From: Candidatus Latescibacterota bacterium
GTDB lineage: Bacteria > Latescibacterota > UBA2968 > UBA8231
DNA: 64,000 nt
Direction: 5' to 3'
NCBI GenBank assembly: GCA_965217585.1
Contig: OZ244561.1
Location: 1,632,001 to 1,696,000 of the forward strand
Shown: positions 1 to 9,278 of the stretch, in pieces
Numbering within the stretch: the stretch's first letter is position 1
How the letters are laid out: each line of letters opens with the position of its first letter
Notes under the pieces: generated by a model
Told to the model about the DNA's origin: nothing
The model's database searches: none
The model's input: only the letters and a program-made list of their open reading frames with translations
Program-made: the position numbers and the translations under genes

Positions 1-40
1 CTTTGTTGCCGTTTGCGCTGTGTCCGTTCGCTTTCGCCAT
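1..40 (-). CDS. 5' end of a gene running off the window (MAKANGHSANGNK...); possibly recA, from context only
   Basis: ATG at 40 preceded by SD-like GAGGGG; frame open to the window edge; only 13 codons visible. Confidence 0.45.
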   Translation of the reverse strand, partial: MAKANGHSANGNK

Positions 41-73
41 GAAAATCCCCTCAATTAAAGTGTGGTATCGGTC

Positions 74-553
74 CTAGCCCGCCCACTCGACCAAGTAGGA
101 CGACGAGCGAATGACCACGTTGCTGTACAGGCCGGCGACCACATCGTCGGCCACAATGCCCCACCCCCCGGGCAGGGCTTCTAGCTGCCGCGCCGGGGGC
201 GGCTTGACAATATCGAGGACGCGGAAGACGAAGAAGCCCGCGATGGCCGTCCCAGCACTCGGGGGCAAAAATGCCACTGCAAAGAGAAAGCCCACCCCCT
301 CGTCAACGACGACCTGCCCGGGGTCCTTGCCCCATTCCGGGGCCGCCCGGCCCGCGCTGTATACCCCAATGGCCGAGGCGAGCAAAAGCACACCGAACCA
401 CTCCAGCATCCCCAAAGAGGGAAAAAACAGCCAGTACAACAGGGCGACGAACGCGGTCCCAGCCGTACCGGGTGCCCATGGGGCATAGCCGACAAAAAAA
501 AGCGTGGCGATCAGTCGGTTCAGAAAAAACGTGTGTCCTCTCGCCGCGCTCAG
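74..553 (-). CDS. pgpA: Phosphatidylglycerophosphatase A; start probably upstream of the ORF-track start (CTG 553 or nearby)
   Basis: Motifs GYAPWAPGTAGT (upstream of 439, same frame), DPGQVVVDE, FRVLDIVKP, GGWGIVADD. Confidence 0.88.
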   Translation of the reverse strand: MSAARGHTFFLNRLIATLFFVGYAPWAPGTAGTAFVALLYWLFFPSLGMLEWFGVLLLASAIGVYSAGRAAPEWGKDPGQVVVDEGVGFLFAVAFLPPSAGTAIAGFFVFRVLDIVKPPPARQLEALPGGWGIVADDVVAGLYSNVVIRSSSYLVEWAG

Positions 554-1152
554 GGTTCCTTGTAGGAAGAGGTCGCGCGGAACAGGTAGTGAAAACCCGA
601 CAGCAGCGTCAGCAACAGCACCCCCGCCAACAGTGCATTGGCCAAAAGCTGGATTAGCTGGTCGTCGAGAAAGAATAGATGACCTGCGGCAAAGCGCCCT
701 ATCGCCTCCTCAAGGCCAATGACGAAAAGTATGAAGATAACCGTGAAAAGCTGGACCGCGGTTTTCCACTTGGCCAAGCGCGAAGTGACCATGGGGCGGC
801 CCCGGTACAGCCCGTAGAGGCGCATGCCCGTGATCAGGATGTCGCGCCCGACGATGGGCAAGACCAGCCAAAAATTGACCATTTCGTCTAACGCTAGGGC
901 AACAAGTGCCGACGTTACCAAGATCTTGTCGGCCAACGGATCCAAAAAGCGCCCTAGCGGCGTTACTTGGTTGCCTGCGCGCGCTAGTTTGCCATCGTAG
1001 AAATCGGTTAGCGAGGCCGCGCTAAAGACGACGAAGGCAAGACTTTTCAAATACCAAGTATCGGCGAAGAGCAGCAGCAAAAACAGCGGCGTCAAACCGA
1101 TCCTGAGCGCGGTCAGTCCATTGGGCAAGTTAAAGATATCGCGTCGGTCCAT
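550..1152 (-). CDS. pgsA: CDP-diacylglycerol--glycerol-3-phosphate 3-phosphatidyltransferase
   Basis: NLPNGLTALR; CDP-alcohol phosphotransferase motif TDFYDGKLAR...GRFLDPLADK; ATG at 1152. Confidence 0.92.
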   Translation of the reverse strand: MDRRDIFNLPNGLTALRIGLTPLFLLLLFADTWYLKSLAFVVFSAASLTDFYDGKLARAGNQVTPLGRFLDPLADKILVTSALVALALDEMVNFWLVLPIVGRDILITGMRLYGLYRGRPMVTSRLAKWKTAVQLFTVIFILFVIGLEEAIGRFAAGHLFFLDDQLIQLLANALLAGVLLLTLLSGFHYLFRATSSYKEP

Positions 1153-1159
1153 GACTACC

Positions 1160-1756
1160 TTACAGCGGAGACCGGCCGGCAAAGGCAAGCGAGAGCGTGA
1201 CGCTGTCGGCCAAGTCCAAATCCGCGCCAACCGGCAGGCCGCGCGCCAACCTCGACACCTTGGTCAGCGGCATGAGTTGCTGAGCGATGAAGTGAGCGGT
1301 GGCATCGCCCTCGGCGTTGGCATTGAGCGCTAGCATCACCTCGTGTACGCCCTGCTGGCGCGCGCGCTCGACTAAGGAGTCGATGTGCAAATCCTCGGGC
1401 AGCACTCCGTCTTGGGGGGAAAGCACCCCGCCGAGCACGTGATACGCCCCGGAGTAAAACTGGCTCATCTCAAAGGCCAGCACATCGCTGGCTTCGGCCA
1501 CCACGCAGATAAACTGCTGGTCGCGCCGAGTGTCTCGGCAGACTTCGCATAGAGCCTCGCCCTTTTGGGTGAAATTGTAGCAGGTAGCACAGTGTTCGAT
1601 CTGGTCTTTGGCGGCAATGAGCGCCTTGGCGAGCAACTCGGCTTCCTCGCGCGGCTTCTTGACCACATAGAGCGCCAAGCGCTGCGCTGTCTTGCGGCCG
1701 ATACCGGGCAGCTTGGCAAATGCGACGATCAAATCTTCGAGGGCCAGAGGTTCCAT
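1160..1756 (-). CDS. recR: Recombination mediator RecR
   Basis: HhH LPGIGRKTAQRLA, C4 zinc finger CATC...CEVC, Toprim YHVLGG...EGDATA, RLARGLPVG. Confidence 0.96.
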   Translation of the reverse strand: MEPLALEDLIVAFAKLPGIGRKTAQRLALYVVKKPREEAELLAKALIAAKDQIEHCATCYNFTQKGEALCEVCRDTRRDQQFICVVAEASDVLAFEMSQFYSGAYHVLGGVLSPQDGVLPEDLHIDSLVERARQQGVHEVMLALNANAEGDATAHFIAQQLMPLTKVSRLARGLPVGADLDLADSVTLSLAFAGRSPL

Positions 1757-1764
1757 GATATCTC

Positions 1765-3435
1765 TCAGACTAACTCGCCGTCAAAAGTGTCGAGCACCGA
1801 GCGCAGGGTGGGGTCGGACTCGGGCTGGCTCGCCGCCTGTGGAGCCGGCTGATCGTCCTTCTTTTCTACGGCATCCAAGCGCAGCCGCCACCCGTATTTT
1901 GCCTCGGCTATCGCCTCTACGCTTTCTCGGTTATTTTTCACTTGGGTCATGGCAAAGCGGTCGGCGGCCCCAAAGCTCAGCTTGAGTACGTGGCCCTCCA
2001 AGCTGTCTAATATCGCCCCTTTAAGAAAATGGCCCAGTGGCGGCTTGGCGGCGCGCACGGCATTGACTAGCTCGGCCCAAGTAGTGCGCACCTGATCAAA
2101 GGTCGGCGCGGCAGCACCAGCGGCATTGCTTGACTCAGCCGGGGCGGCGACTTGCTGCTGGGCAGGAGGTGGGGGCACAGCCTGTTCGCTGCGACCGCTT
2201 GGGGGCGGGGGCGCGGCCTGTTCGCTGCGACCACTTGGGGGCGGGGGCGCGGCCTGTTCGCTGCGATTGCTTGGAGACGGGGGCATGGCCGGGCGCGGCG
2301 CGGCACTTTCGAGCGACTGCAAGCGGCGCAGCAGCTCGCCCACATCGACAGACCGGCCCATCAGCGCCAGATGCACCAAGGCGATTTCCACGCGAAAGCG
2401 CGGCTGTACCGAGCGCTTTATATCCGCTTCTAAATCCAAGAGCGACTGCATCATGCGGAGCAGGTCTTCGACCGCCATAGCGGCCGCGAGCTCACCACAG
2501 CGACGGCGGGCGTCTTCGGCCATATCCAGCTCGTCGGTCCCGCCCTGTATTTTGGCGAAGAGCAAGTGGCGCAAAAGTTCGACTAGGCCATAGACGAACT
2601 CCTCAATATCGACCCCTTCGTCAACGGCTTGGGCGACGATATCCAGCACCCGTGCGGGTGCCGCTTCGCGCATGGCGTCGAGCAATTCAAAGTAGAGGCC
2701 GCGATCGACGAGACCCAACACCCGTACCACGGCTTGCTGCGACACCTCCGCGCCCAACGAGACCACTTGATCGAGTAGGCTCTCGGCGTCGCGCAGGGCA
2801 CCGTCCGCACGGCTAGCCAACAGGTGGAGCGCCCCTTCCTCGACCGCGATGCCCTCGGCTTGGGCAATGATGCCGAGATGGGCGGCGATCTGCCCGCTTG
2901 AGATGCGGCGAAAATTAAAGCGCTGACAGCGCGAGAGAATGGTGTCGGGTACCGACTGCACCTCCGTGGTGGCGAAGATGAAAACCACGTGCTCCGGAGG
3001 CTCCTCCAGCGTCTTCAACAGCGCATTGAACGCCGCGGTCGAGAGCATGTGAACTTCGTCGATGATGTAGATCTTATAGACGCCTTCGGTCGCGGCGTAA
3101 CGCACGACTTCGCGCAACTCGCGGATGTCATCGACGCTGTTGTTGGAGGCCCCGTCGATCTCCAGCACGTTCATGCTGGTGGCGGTGGCGATGCTTTTGC
3201 AGGAATCGCATGCCTCACAGGGATTGCCGTCGCGGCGGTCAGCGCAGTTGAGGACCTTGGCGAGAATCCGCGCGGTCGTAGTCTTGCCCACGCCGCGCGG
3301 GCCGCAAAACAGGTAGCACTGCGCGATGCGCCCGGAGTGGACGGCATTCTTTAAGGTGGCAGTGATATGCTCCTGCCCGACGACTTCGTCGAATTGGCGA
3401 GGACGCCACTTGCGCGCTGTTACCTGATAGGCCAT
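1765..3435 (-). CDS. dnaX: DNA polymerase III subunit gamma/tau
   Basis: MAYQVTARKWRP start, Walker A GPRGVGKTT, IIDEVHML, SRCQ; Pro/Ala-rich linker. Confidence 0.96.
   Translation of the reverse strand: MAYQVTARKWRPRQFDEVVGQEHITATLKNAVHSGRIAQCYLFCGPRGVGKTTTARILAKVLNCADRRDGNPCEACDSCKSIATATSMNVLEIDGASNNSVDDIRELREVVRYAATEGVYKIYIIDEVHMLSTAAFNALLKTLEEPPEHVVFIFATTEVQSVPDTILSRCQRFNFRRISSGQIAAHLGIIAQAEGIAVEEGALHLLASRADGALRDAESLLDQVVSLGAEVSQQAVVRVLGLVDRGLYFELLDAMREAAPARVLDIVAQAVDEGVDIEEFVYGLVELLRHLLFAKIQGGTDELDMAEDARRRCGELAAAMAVEDLLRMMQSLLDLEADIKRSVQPRFRVEIALVHLALMGRSVDVGELLRRLQSLESAAPRPAMPPSPSNRSEQAAPPPPSGRSEQAAPPPPSGRSEQAVPPPPAQQQVAAPAESSNAAGAAAPTFDQVRTTWAELVNAVRAAKPPLGHFLKGAILDSLEGHVLKLSFGAADRFAMTQVKNNRESVEAIAEAKYGWRLRLDAVEKKDDQPAPQAASQPESDPTLRSVLDTFDGELV
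2170..2275. repeat. In-frame 36-bp tandem repeat (about 3 copies) in the dnaX linker encoding (R)SEQAAPPPPSG
   Basis: gcctgttcgctgcga recurs at 2180, 2216 and 2252 (period 36). Confidence 0.9.
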
Positions 3436-3485
3436 TTGCGTTGCTCGACACAACCAAGCTGAAGGGAATAAAGAAAAAATTTAAA

Positions 3486-3757
3486 GGCCGTGCACCCATC
3501 TTCGACCCCGCCCTCAGGTCTGCCCAGAGCCAGTTGGCTCCAACCGGACCGCTCTGCGGCACACCAAGAGACATTCTTTACCGCTGCTACCTTCCGGTCC
3601 TGACGGGGTTCAGAAGCTCTTGATTGCGCAGAATCCGGTTTTCAGCGCCACTTTGCTCCGGTCGAACAAGAGGTGCGAAAACCTCTGGATGGGAATTCAA
3701 TCCCGCTATAGCGGATTGCGGGTACAGGGCACCGCTATCTCCCCATCTAGCACGACC
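3486..3757 (-). ncRNA. ffs: Signal recognition particle RNA, large (Alu-domain-containing) bacterial type
   Basis: Helix 8 motif TCAGGACCGGAAGGTAGCAGC; 5' GGTCGTGCTAGATGGGGAGATAGCGGTGCCCTGTACC resembles Bacillus scRNA; complementary ends; about 272 nt; directly upstream of dnaX. Confidence 0.92.
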
Positions 3758-3795
3758 TAAAATATTGCATTTCACCAGCGAGTATCCGGAAAATA

Positions 3796-3871
3796 TGGTG
3801 GAGCAGATGGGGATCGAACCCACGACCTCCAGATTGCGAACCTGGCGCTCTCCCAGCTGAGCTACTGCCCC
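3796..3871 (-). tRNA. tRNA-Ala (CGC)
   Basis: GGGGCAGTAGCTCAG...anticodon loop TT-CGC-AA...GTTCGATC...CCA; 76 nt. Confidence 0.95.
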
Positions 3872-3885
3872 ATCCGGATCAATTA

Positions 3886-3976
3886 TGGCGGAGAGAGTGG
3901 GATTCGAACCCACGGTAGGGGGTTACCCTACACACGATTTCCAGTCGTGCACCTTCGACCACTCGGCCATCTCTCC
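3886..3976 (-). tRNA. tRNA-Ser (GGA)
   Basis: GGAGAGATGGCCGAGTGG, loop CT-GGA-AA, long variable arm, GTTCGAATCC, GCCA end. Confidence 0.95.
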
Positions 3977-3998
3977 ACAAAAAACACGTTGCCTTAGA

Positions 3999-4088
<90 letters not shown>

Positions 4089-4093
4089 CCAAT

Positions 4094-4579
4094 CTATTTG
4101 GCCGCTCGCAGGGCGGCAAAAAACCCCTTGAGCAACTCGGCACATTCTCGCTCTAGCACCCCGCCGCGGACCTGACAGCGATGATTGAGCCGAGGATCCT
4201 CCGCGACATTGCGCAACGAGCCGCAAGCACCGGATTTAGGATCGGCGGCCCCGAAGACCAGCCGCGGCACCCGGGCCAAAACCGCAGCTCCAGCGCACAT
4301 GGCGCAAGGTTCCAAAGTGACGTAAAGCGTCGTCGCCAACAAGCGCCGCGTACCTAATGCTGCTGCTGCTTGGCGCAAGGCCAGCATCTCCGCGTGAGCC
4401 GTGGGATCCTGCACCGATTCAATGGCGTTGCCGGCCCGGCCCAAAACCCGCCCGGCCCCAACGACGACAGCACCGACGGGCACCTCGCCGCGACGGCCGG
4501 CTCGCTCGGCCTCGTGCAGGGCTTCGCGCATCCAATGACCGTCTTCAGCGAATGAGCTAAGTTCTTCCGTAGAATTCAT
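4094..4579 (-). CDS. tadA: tRNA adenosine(34) deaminase
   Basis: EVPVGAV, DPTAHAEM, TLEPCAMC, DPKSGACGS, RLNH. Confidence 0.95.
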   Translation of the reverse strand: MNSTEELSSFAEDGHWMREALHEAERAGRRGEVPVGAVVVGAGRVLGRAGNAIESVQDPTAHAEMLALRQAAAALGTRRLLATTLYVTLEPCAMCAGAAVLARVPRLVFGAADPKSGACGSLRNVAEDPRLNHRCQVRGGVLERECAELLKGFFAALRAAK

Positions 4580-4614
4580 TTGAGGCCGTTTTAAGGGGCC
4601 TCCCAAGCGGTGTA

Positions 4615-4643
4615 AATATAACGGCTGCCCAAAACAAGAGCAA
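4615..4643 (-). promoter_or_regulatory. Putative sigma70 promoter for tadA and the tRNA cluster
   Basis: TTGCTC-17 nt-TATATT on the minus strand in the intergenic gap. Confidence 0.5.
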
Positions 4644-4657
4644 GGCTTAGTGGCGCT

Positions 4658-5083
4658 TCAAAAGCGCTTGCGATAATGATCGCGGGGAAACAGAGAACAG
4701 GCCCGGCGCTGCCAGTAACTTTCCTCGTCGGGAGCGATTTTGCGGTCGAGCGGATCGCGCCCCAAAAGGCGCATGCCAAGCCCGATCAGCGTAAAAAGCG
4801 TGTAGAAAACCAGCCCCAAGAGCAGGTGGATATTGACAAAGGCCACGATCCTCGCCAGCCACATATAGGGAAAGTAGATCGGCTTCAGCGCAACGGGCAG
4901 CGCCAATCCGGCCCCGAGAAACACCAGCGAGGCCGCGAATACCAATTGCTTCGCGCCGATGGCGTCTCGGTACCACAGATAGCCACCTAGCAATGCCAGC
5001 AACGCCGCCAGCACGAGTCCGAATCGGCGCAAATCGCCGCGTGTGGGAACCGCAACCCCCCAGTAGCTCTTGACCTCAGTCAA
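4658..5083 (-). CDS. SxtJ-like membrane protein
   Basis: LRRFG...WMxLA-like region...FYTLFTLIGLGMRLLGRDPL...SYW...HYRKRF pattern; TTG 5083 with AGGAG upstream, overlapping the carbamoyltransferase stop. Confidence 0.8.
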   Translation of the reverse strand: MTEVKSYWGVAVPTRGDLRRFGLVLAALLALLGGYLWYRDAIGAKQLVFAASLVFLGAGLALPVALKPIYFPYMWLARIVAFVNIHLLLGLVFYTLFTLIGLGMRLLGRDPLDRKIAPDEESYWQRRACSLFPRDHYRKRF

Positions 5084-6899
5084 GTTCGAACTCCTCTTGC
5101 CAATCCCGCTCTTCCTGCCACTGCGGCTGGTCTTTCTTGTCCAAGACATAAGAGCCTAGGACCAAAAAATCCATCTCGGTCCGCATGAAACAGCGATAGG
5201 CATCTTCTGGGCTTTGGACGATGGGTTCGCCGCGCACGTTGAAGGACGTGTTGACCACCACTGGATATCCGGTCAGGCTCTGAAAGGCGCGAATCACGTC
5301 GTAGTAGCGCGGGTGATCTTGCCGACGCAGCGTCTGCACTCGCGCCGAGTAATCCACGTGGGTGACGGCCGGCATATCCGAGCGCGGCACATTTAGCTTG
5401 TCGATGCCGAACAGCCGCTGCTGGGCCTCGCTCATGGGAATCTGCCGTTCCGCTTTAATTGGGGCCACTTGCAGCATGTAGGGCGAGTCGGCATCTAGCT
5501 CAAAGAACTCGTGTACGCATTCGCGCAGCACCGTCGGGGCAAAGGGGCGGAAACTCTCGCGGAACTTGATCTTGAGGTTCATCACCGACTGCATCTGAGT
5601 TGAGCGCGGGTCGCCGAGAATCGACCGGGCGCCGAGCGCGCGCGGCCCAAATTCCATCCGCCCCTGAAAAAAGCCGACGACCTTGCCCGCGGCCAACAGC
5701 TCGGCCACGCGCACCGGCAACTCGTCCTCAGCGAGCTTTTGCGCCACCCCCGCCTGCTGCTCAATGCACTGATAGATTTCTTCGTCCCCGTACTCAGGCC
5801 CTAACAGCGCCCCTCGCATCGCGTCGTTTGCGCCGTCTGCCACCCGCTTGTGGCCCAAGTGGTTATGCCACAGCGCCAGCGCGACGCCCAAGGCCCCGCC
5901 GGCATCGCCTGCGGCCGGCTGGATCCAGATGTTTTCAAAGGGGCCCTCGCGCAAGATGCGGCCGTTGCCGACGCAATTGAGTGCCACGCCACCGGCCATG
6001 CACAAATTTTTGAGCTTGGTTTCTCTGTGCACCGTGCGGGCAATGCGCAACATGACTTCCTCGGTGACGACCTGACAGGAGCGCGCAATATCCATCTCGC
6101 GCTGCGTCAGCGGCGTCTCGGGCCGCCGCGGCGCTCCCCCGAAGAGCTTGTCCATGGCCCGGCTGGTCATCGTCAGGCCGGATAGGTAGTTGAAATAACG
6201 AGTGTTGAGCTTGAAGGAGCCGTCGTCCTTCAGGTCAATGATCTCGTTGAGCATCAGATCGACGTACTTTGGCTCGCCATAAGGGGCCAGCCCCATCAGC
6301 TTGTACTCGCCGGAGTTGACCTTGAAGCCCGCAAAATAGGTAAAAGCCGAATAGAACAAACCCAGCGAGTGGGGAAACTTGATGTCGGCCAGCGTGTGAA
6401 TTTCGGCATCCCGGCCGTAGCCATAGCTGGTAGTGGTCCATTCGCCGACCCCGTCCAAGGTCGCGATCGCCGCTTCTCGATACGGAGACGGATAGAAGGC
6501 CGACGCGGCGTGCGACTCGTGGTGGTCGCTGAACATTACCGGTACATCGCAGCCTAGCTCTTCTTGGATTAACTGCGGAATCCACAGTTTTTTTTCCAGC
6601 CAGACCTTCATGCTCTTCCAGTAGAGGCGGAGTCCCAACGGCGCAGTGCCGAGATGCGTTTCTAGCAGGCGTTCAAAGGTCAGCAGGGGTTTGTCGTAAA
6701 ACCCCACGCAGTACAGGTCTGTGGCCTCAATACCGCCTTCCCGCAGACAGTAGCTGACGGCGTGAGCAGGAAAATCTGGATCGTGTTTAACGCGCGTGAA
6801 TCGCTCCTCCTGAGCAGCAGCGACGATCTCTCCGTCGCGCACCAAACAGGCCGCGCTATCGTGGTAGAACGCGGAAATGCCGAGGATATAGGTGGCCAT
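5076..6899 (-). CDS. Carbamoyltransferase (NodU/CmcH/TobZ family)
   Basis: ILGISAFYHDSAA, EERFTR, HHESHAAS, DGVGE, EYKLMGLAPYG, GGVALNC, EFGPRALG, FRPFAP, NTSFN. Confidence 0.95.
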   Translation of the reverse strand: MATYILGISAFYHDSAACLVRDGEIVAAAQEERFTRVKHDPDFPAHAVSYCLREGGIEATDLYCVGFYDKPLLTFERLLETHLGTAPLGLRLYWKSMKVWLEKKLWIPQLIQEELGCDVPVMFSDHHESHAASAFYPSPYREAAIATLDGVGEWTTTSYGYGRDAEIHTLADIKFPHSLGLFYSAFTYFAGFKVNSGEYKLMGLAPYGEPKYVDLMLNEIIDLKDDGSFKLNTRYFNYLSGLTMTSRAMDKLFGGAPRRPETPLTQREMDIARSCQVVTEEVMLRIARTVHRETKLKNLCMAGGVALNCVGNGRILREGPFENIWIQPAAGDAGGALGVALALWHNHLGHKRVADGANDAMRGALLGPEYGDEEIYQCIEQQAGVAQKLAEDELPVRVAELLAAGKVVGFFQGRMEFGPRALGARSILGDPRSTQMQSVMNLKIKFRESFRPFAPTVLRECVHEFFELDADSPYMLQVAPIKAERQIPMSEAQQRLFGIDKLNVPRSDMPAVTHVDYSARVQTLRRQDHPRYYDVIRAFQSLTGYPVVVNTSFNVRGEPIVQSPEDAYRCFMRTEMDFLVLGSYVLDKKDQPQWQEERDWQEEFELD

Positions 6900-6906
6900 A
6901 AGGAGC

Positions 6907-6935
6907 TTGACAAAATGGGGTGTAGCAGCGATACT
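6907..6935 (+). promoter_or_regulatory. Putative sigma70 promoter of lysA (divergent intergenic region)
   Basis: TTGACA-17 nt-GATACT. Confidence 0.55.
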
Positions 6936-6992
6936 GAAAAGTTGTTCATAACCTACGGATTCTATTGAAAAATATCAAGTTAGGGTCATTTA

Positions 6993-8258
6993 ATGGAACG
7001 GCTTTCACTTCTCTCTGCAGACCAAGTTCGCGCCGTCCAGCGCCAGTTTGGCACGCCCACCTTTGTCTATGATCAAAAGGCGTTGGAATCCCAAGCCCAA
7101 AAGGCACTGGCCTTCCCCAATGCCCACGGCCTGACGGTTCGCTACGCGGTGAAAGCCTGTCCGGCAGCCGGCGTGATCCGCATTCTCAACCGCGCCGGCT
7201 TGCACATCGACGCGAGCAGTGGCTATGAAGCGCTGCGGGCCATGCGCGCTGGCGTCCCCCCGGCCCAGATTCAGATCACGGCTCAACAACTACCCGACAA
7301 TCTAGAAGACCTAGTGCGCCAAGGCGTAATCTTTAACGCTTGTTCCGTGCACCAGCTCGAAGCCTATGGCCGACTGGGCCGTGAAGTCTCCGTGCGCGTC
7401 AACCCAGGCCTAGGCTCGGGGCACAGCAACCGCACCAATACGGGCGGGCCTTCGTCGAGCTTCGGCATCTGGCACGGACACCTCGACCAAGTGCTCGCAA
7501 CGGCCGCCGGCCACGACCTGCACATCACCGGCTTGCACAGCCATATCGGCTCGGGCAACGACCCAGAAGTCTGGCAGCACTGTGCCCGGCTGACGCTGGG
7601 TGTGGCCGCCAAGCTACCCGAGGTCCGGCGCGTGAGTATGGGCGGCGGTTTCAAGATTGGGCGCATGGCCGACGAAGTATCGACCGACTTGCGCGAAGCC
7701 GGCCAACCTGTCGCCGACGAATTCAACCGCTTCGCCCGAGAGCACGGCCGCAAACTGCATCTGGAAATCGAACCTGGGACCTTCTTGGTGGGCAACGCCG
7801 GTGCCATCGTCTGCAGCGTCGTCGACGTAGTCGATACCGGCCAGCAGGGCTATTGCTTTATCAAGGTCGATAGCGGCATGACCGAAGTGCTGCGTCCCAG
7901 CTTGTACGGAGCGCAACACCCCATCGCGGTGGTCCCGGCCACATCAGAGGAACGCGGCCAAGGCGAGTACCTAATCGCCGGCCATTGCTGTGAAAGCGGG
8001 GATATTCTCACGCCAGCACCCGGCAACCCCGAGGAGCTGGCACCTCGTTTACTCACCGAGCCGCGCATCGGCGACGCGGTTTTTATCGGCGGCAGCGGAG
8101 CCTATTGCGCTGGCATGGCAGCCAAAAACTACAATTCCTTCCCGGAAGCATGCGAAGTGTTGCTCGGCACAGACGGCGAGCTTCATCTGCTGCGCCAGCG
8201 CCAGACCCTCGACCAGATCGTAGCCAACGAGTCCCTACCCGCTTTCCTCAGCGCCTGA
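6993..8258 (+). CDS. lysA: Diaminopimelate decarboxylase
   Basis: PLP lysine in YAVKA, DASSGYE, HSHIGS, GGGF, EPGTF, CESGD, GAYC...NYNS. Confidence 0.88.
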   Translation: MERLSLLSADQVRAVQRQFGTPTFVYDQKALESQAQKALAFPNAHGLTVRYAVKACPAAGVIRILNRAGLHIDASSGYEALRAMRAGVPPAQIQITAQQLPDNLEDLVRQGVIFNACSVHQLEAYGRLGREVSVRVNPGLGSGHSNRTNTGGPSSSFGIWHGHLDQVLATAAGHDLHITGLHSHIGSGNDPEVWQHCARLTLGVAAKLPEVRRVSMGGGFKIGRMADEVSTDLREAGQPVADEFNRFAREHGRKLHLEIEPGTFLVGNAGAIVCSVVDVVDTGQQGYCFIKVDSGMTEVLRPSLYGAQHPIAVVPATSEERGQGEYLIAGHCCESGDILTPAPGNPEELAPRLLTEPRIGDAVFIGGSGAYCAGMAAKNYNSFPEACEVLLGTDGELHLLRQRQTLDQIVANESLPAFLSA

Positions 8259-9278
8259 ACTGCGTAGCTTCGGGTCCAGCGCGTCGCGCAGCCCGTCGCC
8301 CAGCAGGTTGTACAGGGTCACGGTCGCAAAAATGGCCAAGCCCGGCACGACCACCAGCCACCAAGCCGCTGCATTGCTGCGCGCCCCAGCCAGCAGGGCA
8401 CCCCAAGTGATCACTTCTGCCGGTATCCCCACCCCCAAAAAGCTCAGTCCCGACTCGGCGAGAATGGCACCGGCTACCCCGAAGGCCGCCGGGATCAGGA
8501 TCGGGCCGATGGCATTGGGCAGGATGTGGCGGAACATGATCCGCCCGTTTGAGTACCCGAGGCTGCGGGCGGCGGCCACGTAATCGTAGCTACGCACCTG
8601 CAAAAACTGCGAGCGCGTCAAGCGGGCGATACCGACCCAACTCGTAAGGCCAATAATGATCATGACGAAGAACAGGCTCGGCGGAAAAAACGCCGCGGCC
8701 GTCAGGATTAGGAAGAAGCTGGGGATCGCGGCCCACAGCTCGAAAAGGCGCGAGAGTGCCAAGTCGATCCAGCCTCCGAAGTAGCCGGCCAACGCCCCTA
8801 AGACCAAGCCAATGGCCAGCGATATGCCCACGGCCACTAGGCCGATGGTCAAGGCGTAGCGCGTACCGTGAATCAACCCCGAGAGCACGTCGCGCCCCAA
8901 GCGGTCCGTGCCCAGCCAGTGCTCGGCTCCCGGGGGCTGGTACTTCTCCCGCAAGCGAATTTCGCCCGGGGCATACGGCACCGGCGGGAAGATGGCCTCC
9001 TCTAGCTTGAGCTTTTTGAAGTTGCGGCGGCGCTTCAATTCCGCCGGCCAGTCCATTGCCCCCAAATAGACTCCGTATTGGCGGAAAGCCGGAAAGTAGA
9101 TCTCGCCTTTGTACTTCATGTAGTAAGGCTTGTCGCCAGCCAGTAAGTCGGCGCTTAAGGCCAAAATTCCCAGCAAGACGACGCCCAAGAGACTGAGCAG
9201 AGCGGGTTTGTTTTTTTTGAACTGCCTCCAGACGACCTGCCCGTAGGACTGCCCTTGTGCAACGGCTTTCGCGTTCAT
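8235..9278 (-). CDS. Peptide/nickel ABC transporter permease (OppC/DppC family)
   Basis: HWLGTDRLGRDV, EAA-like YVAAARSLG, HILPNA, NLLGDGLRDALDP. Confidence 0.93.
   Translation of the reverse strand: MNAKAVAQGQSYGQVVWRQFKKNKPALLSLLGVVLLGILALSADLLAGDKPYYMKYKGEIYFPAFRQYGVYLGAMDWPAELKRRRNFKKLKLEEAIFPPVPYAPGEIRLREKYQPPGAEHWLGTDRLGRDVLSGLIHGTRYALTIGLVAVGISLAIGLVLGALAGYFGGWIDLALSRLFELWAAIPSFFLILTAAAFFPPSLFFVMIIIGLTSWVGIARLTRSQFLQVRSYDYVAAARSLGYSNGRIMFRHILPNAIGPILIPAAFGVAGAILAESGLSFLGVGIPAEVITWGALLAGARSNAAAWWLVVVPGLAIFATVTLYNLLGDGLRDALDPKLRSSGAEESG

Noticed and set aside
2170-2275. Possible CRISPR array
   Set aside because: In-frame coding tandem repeats with no unique spacers and no cas genes
1765-3435. 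dnaX gamma/tau -1 frameshift signal
   Set aside because: No A-AAA-AAG or long poly-A slippery site was seen in the linker region
4658-6899. Saxitoxin biosynthesis cluster
   Set aside because: Only SxtI/J-like genes are present; no sxtA, sxtG or other pathway genes in the window
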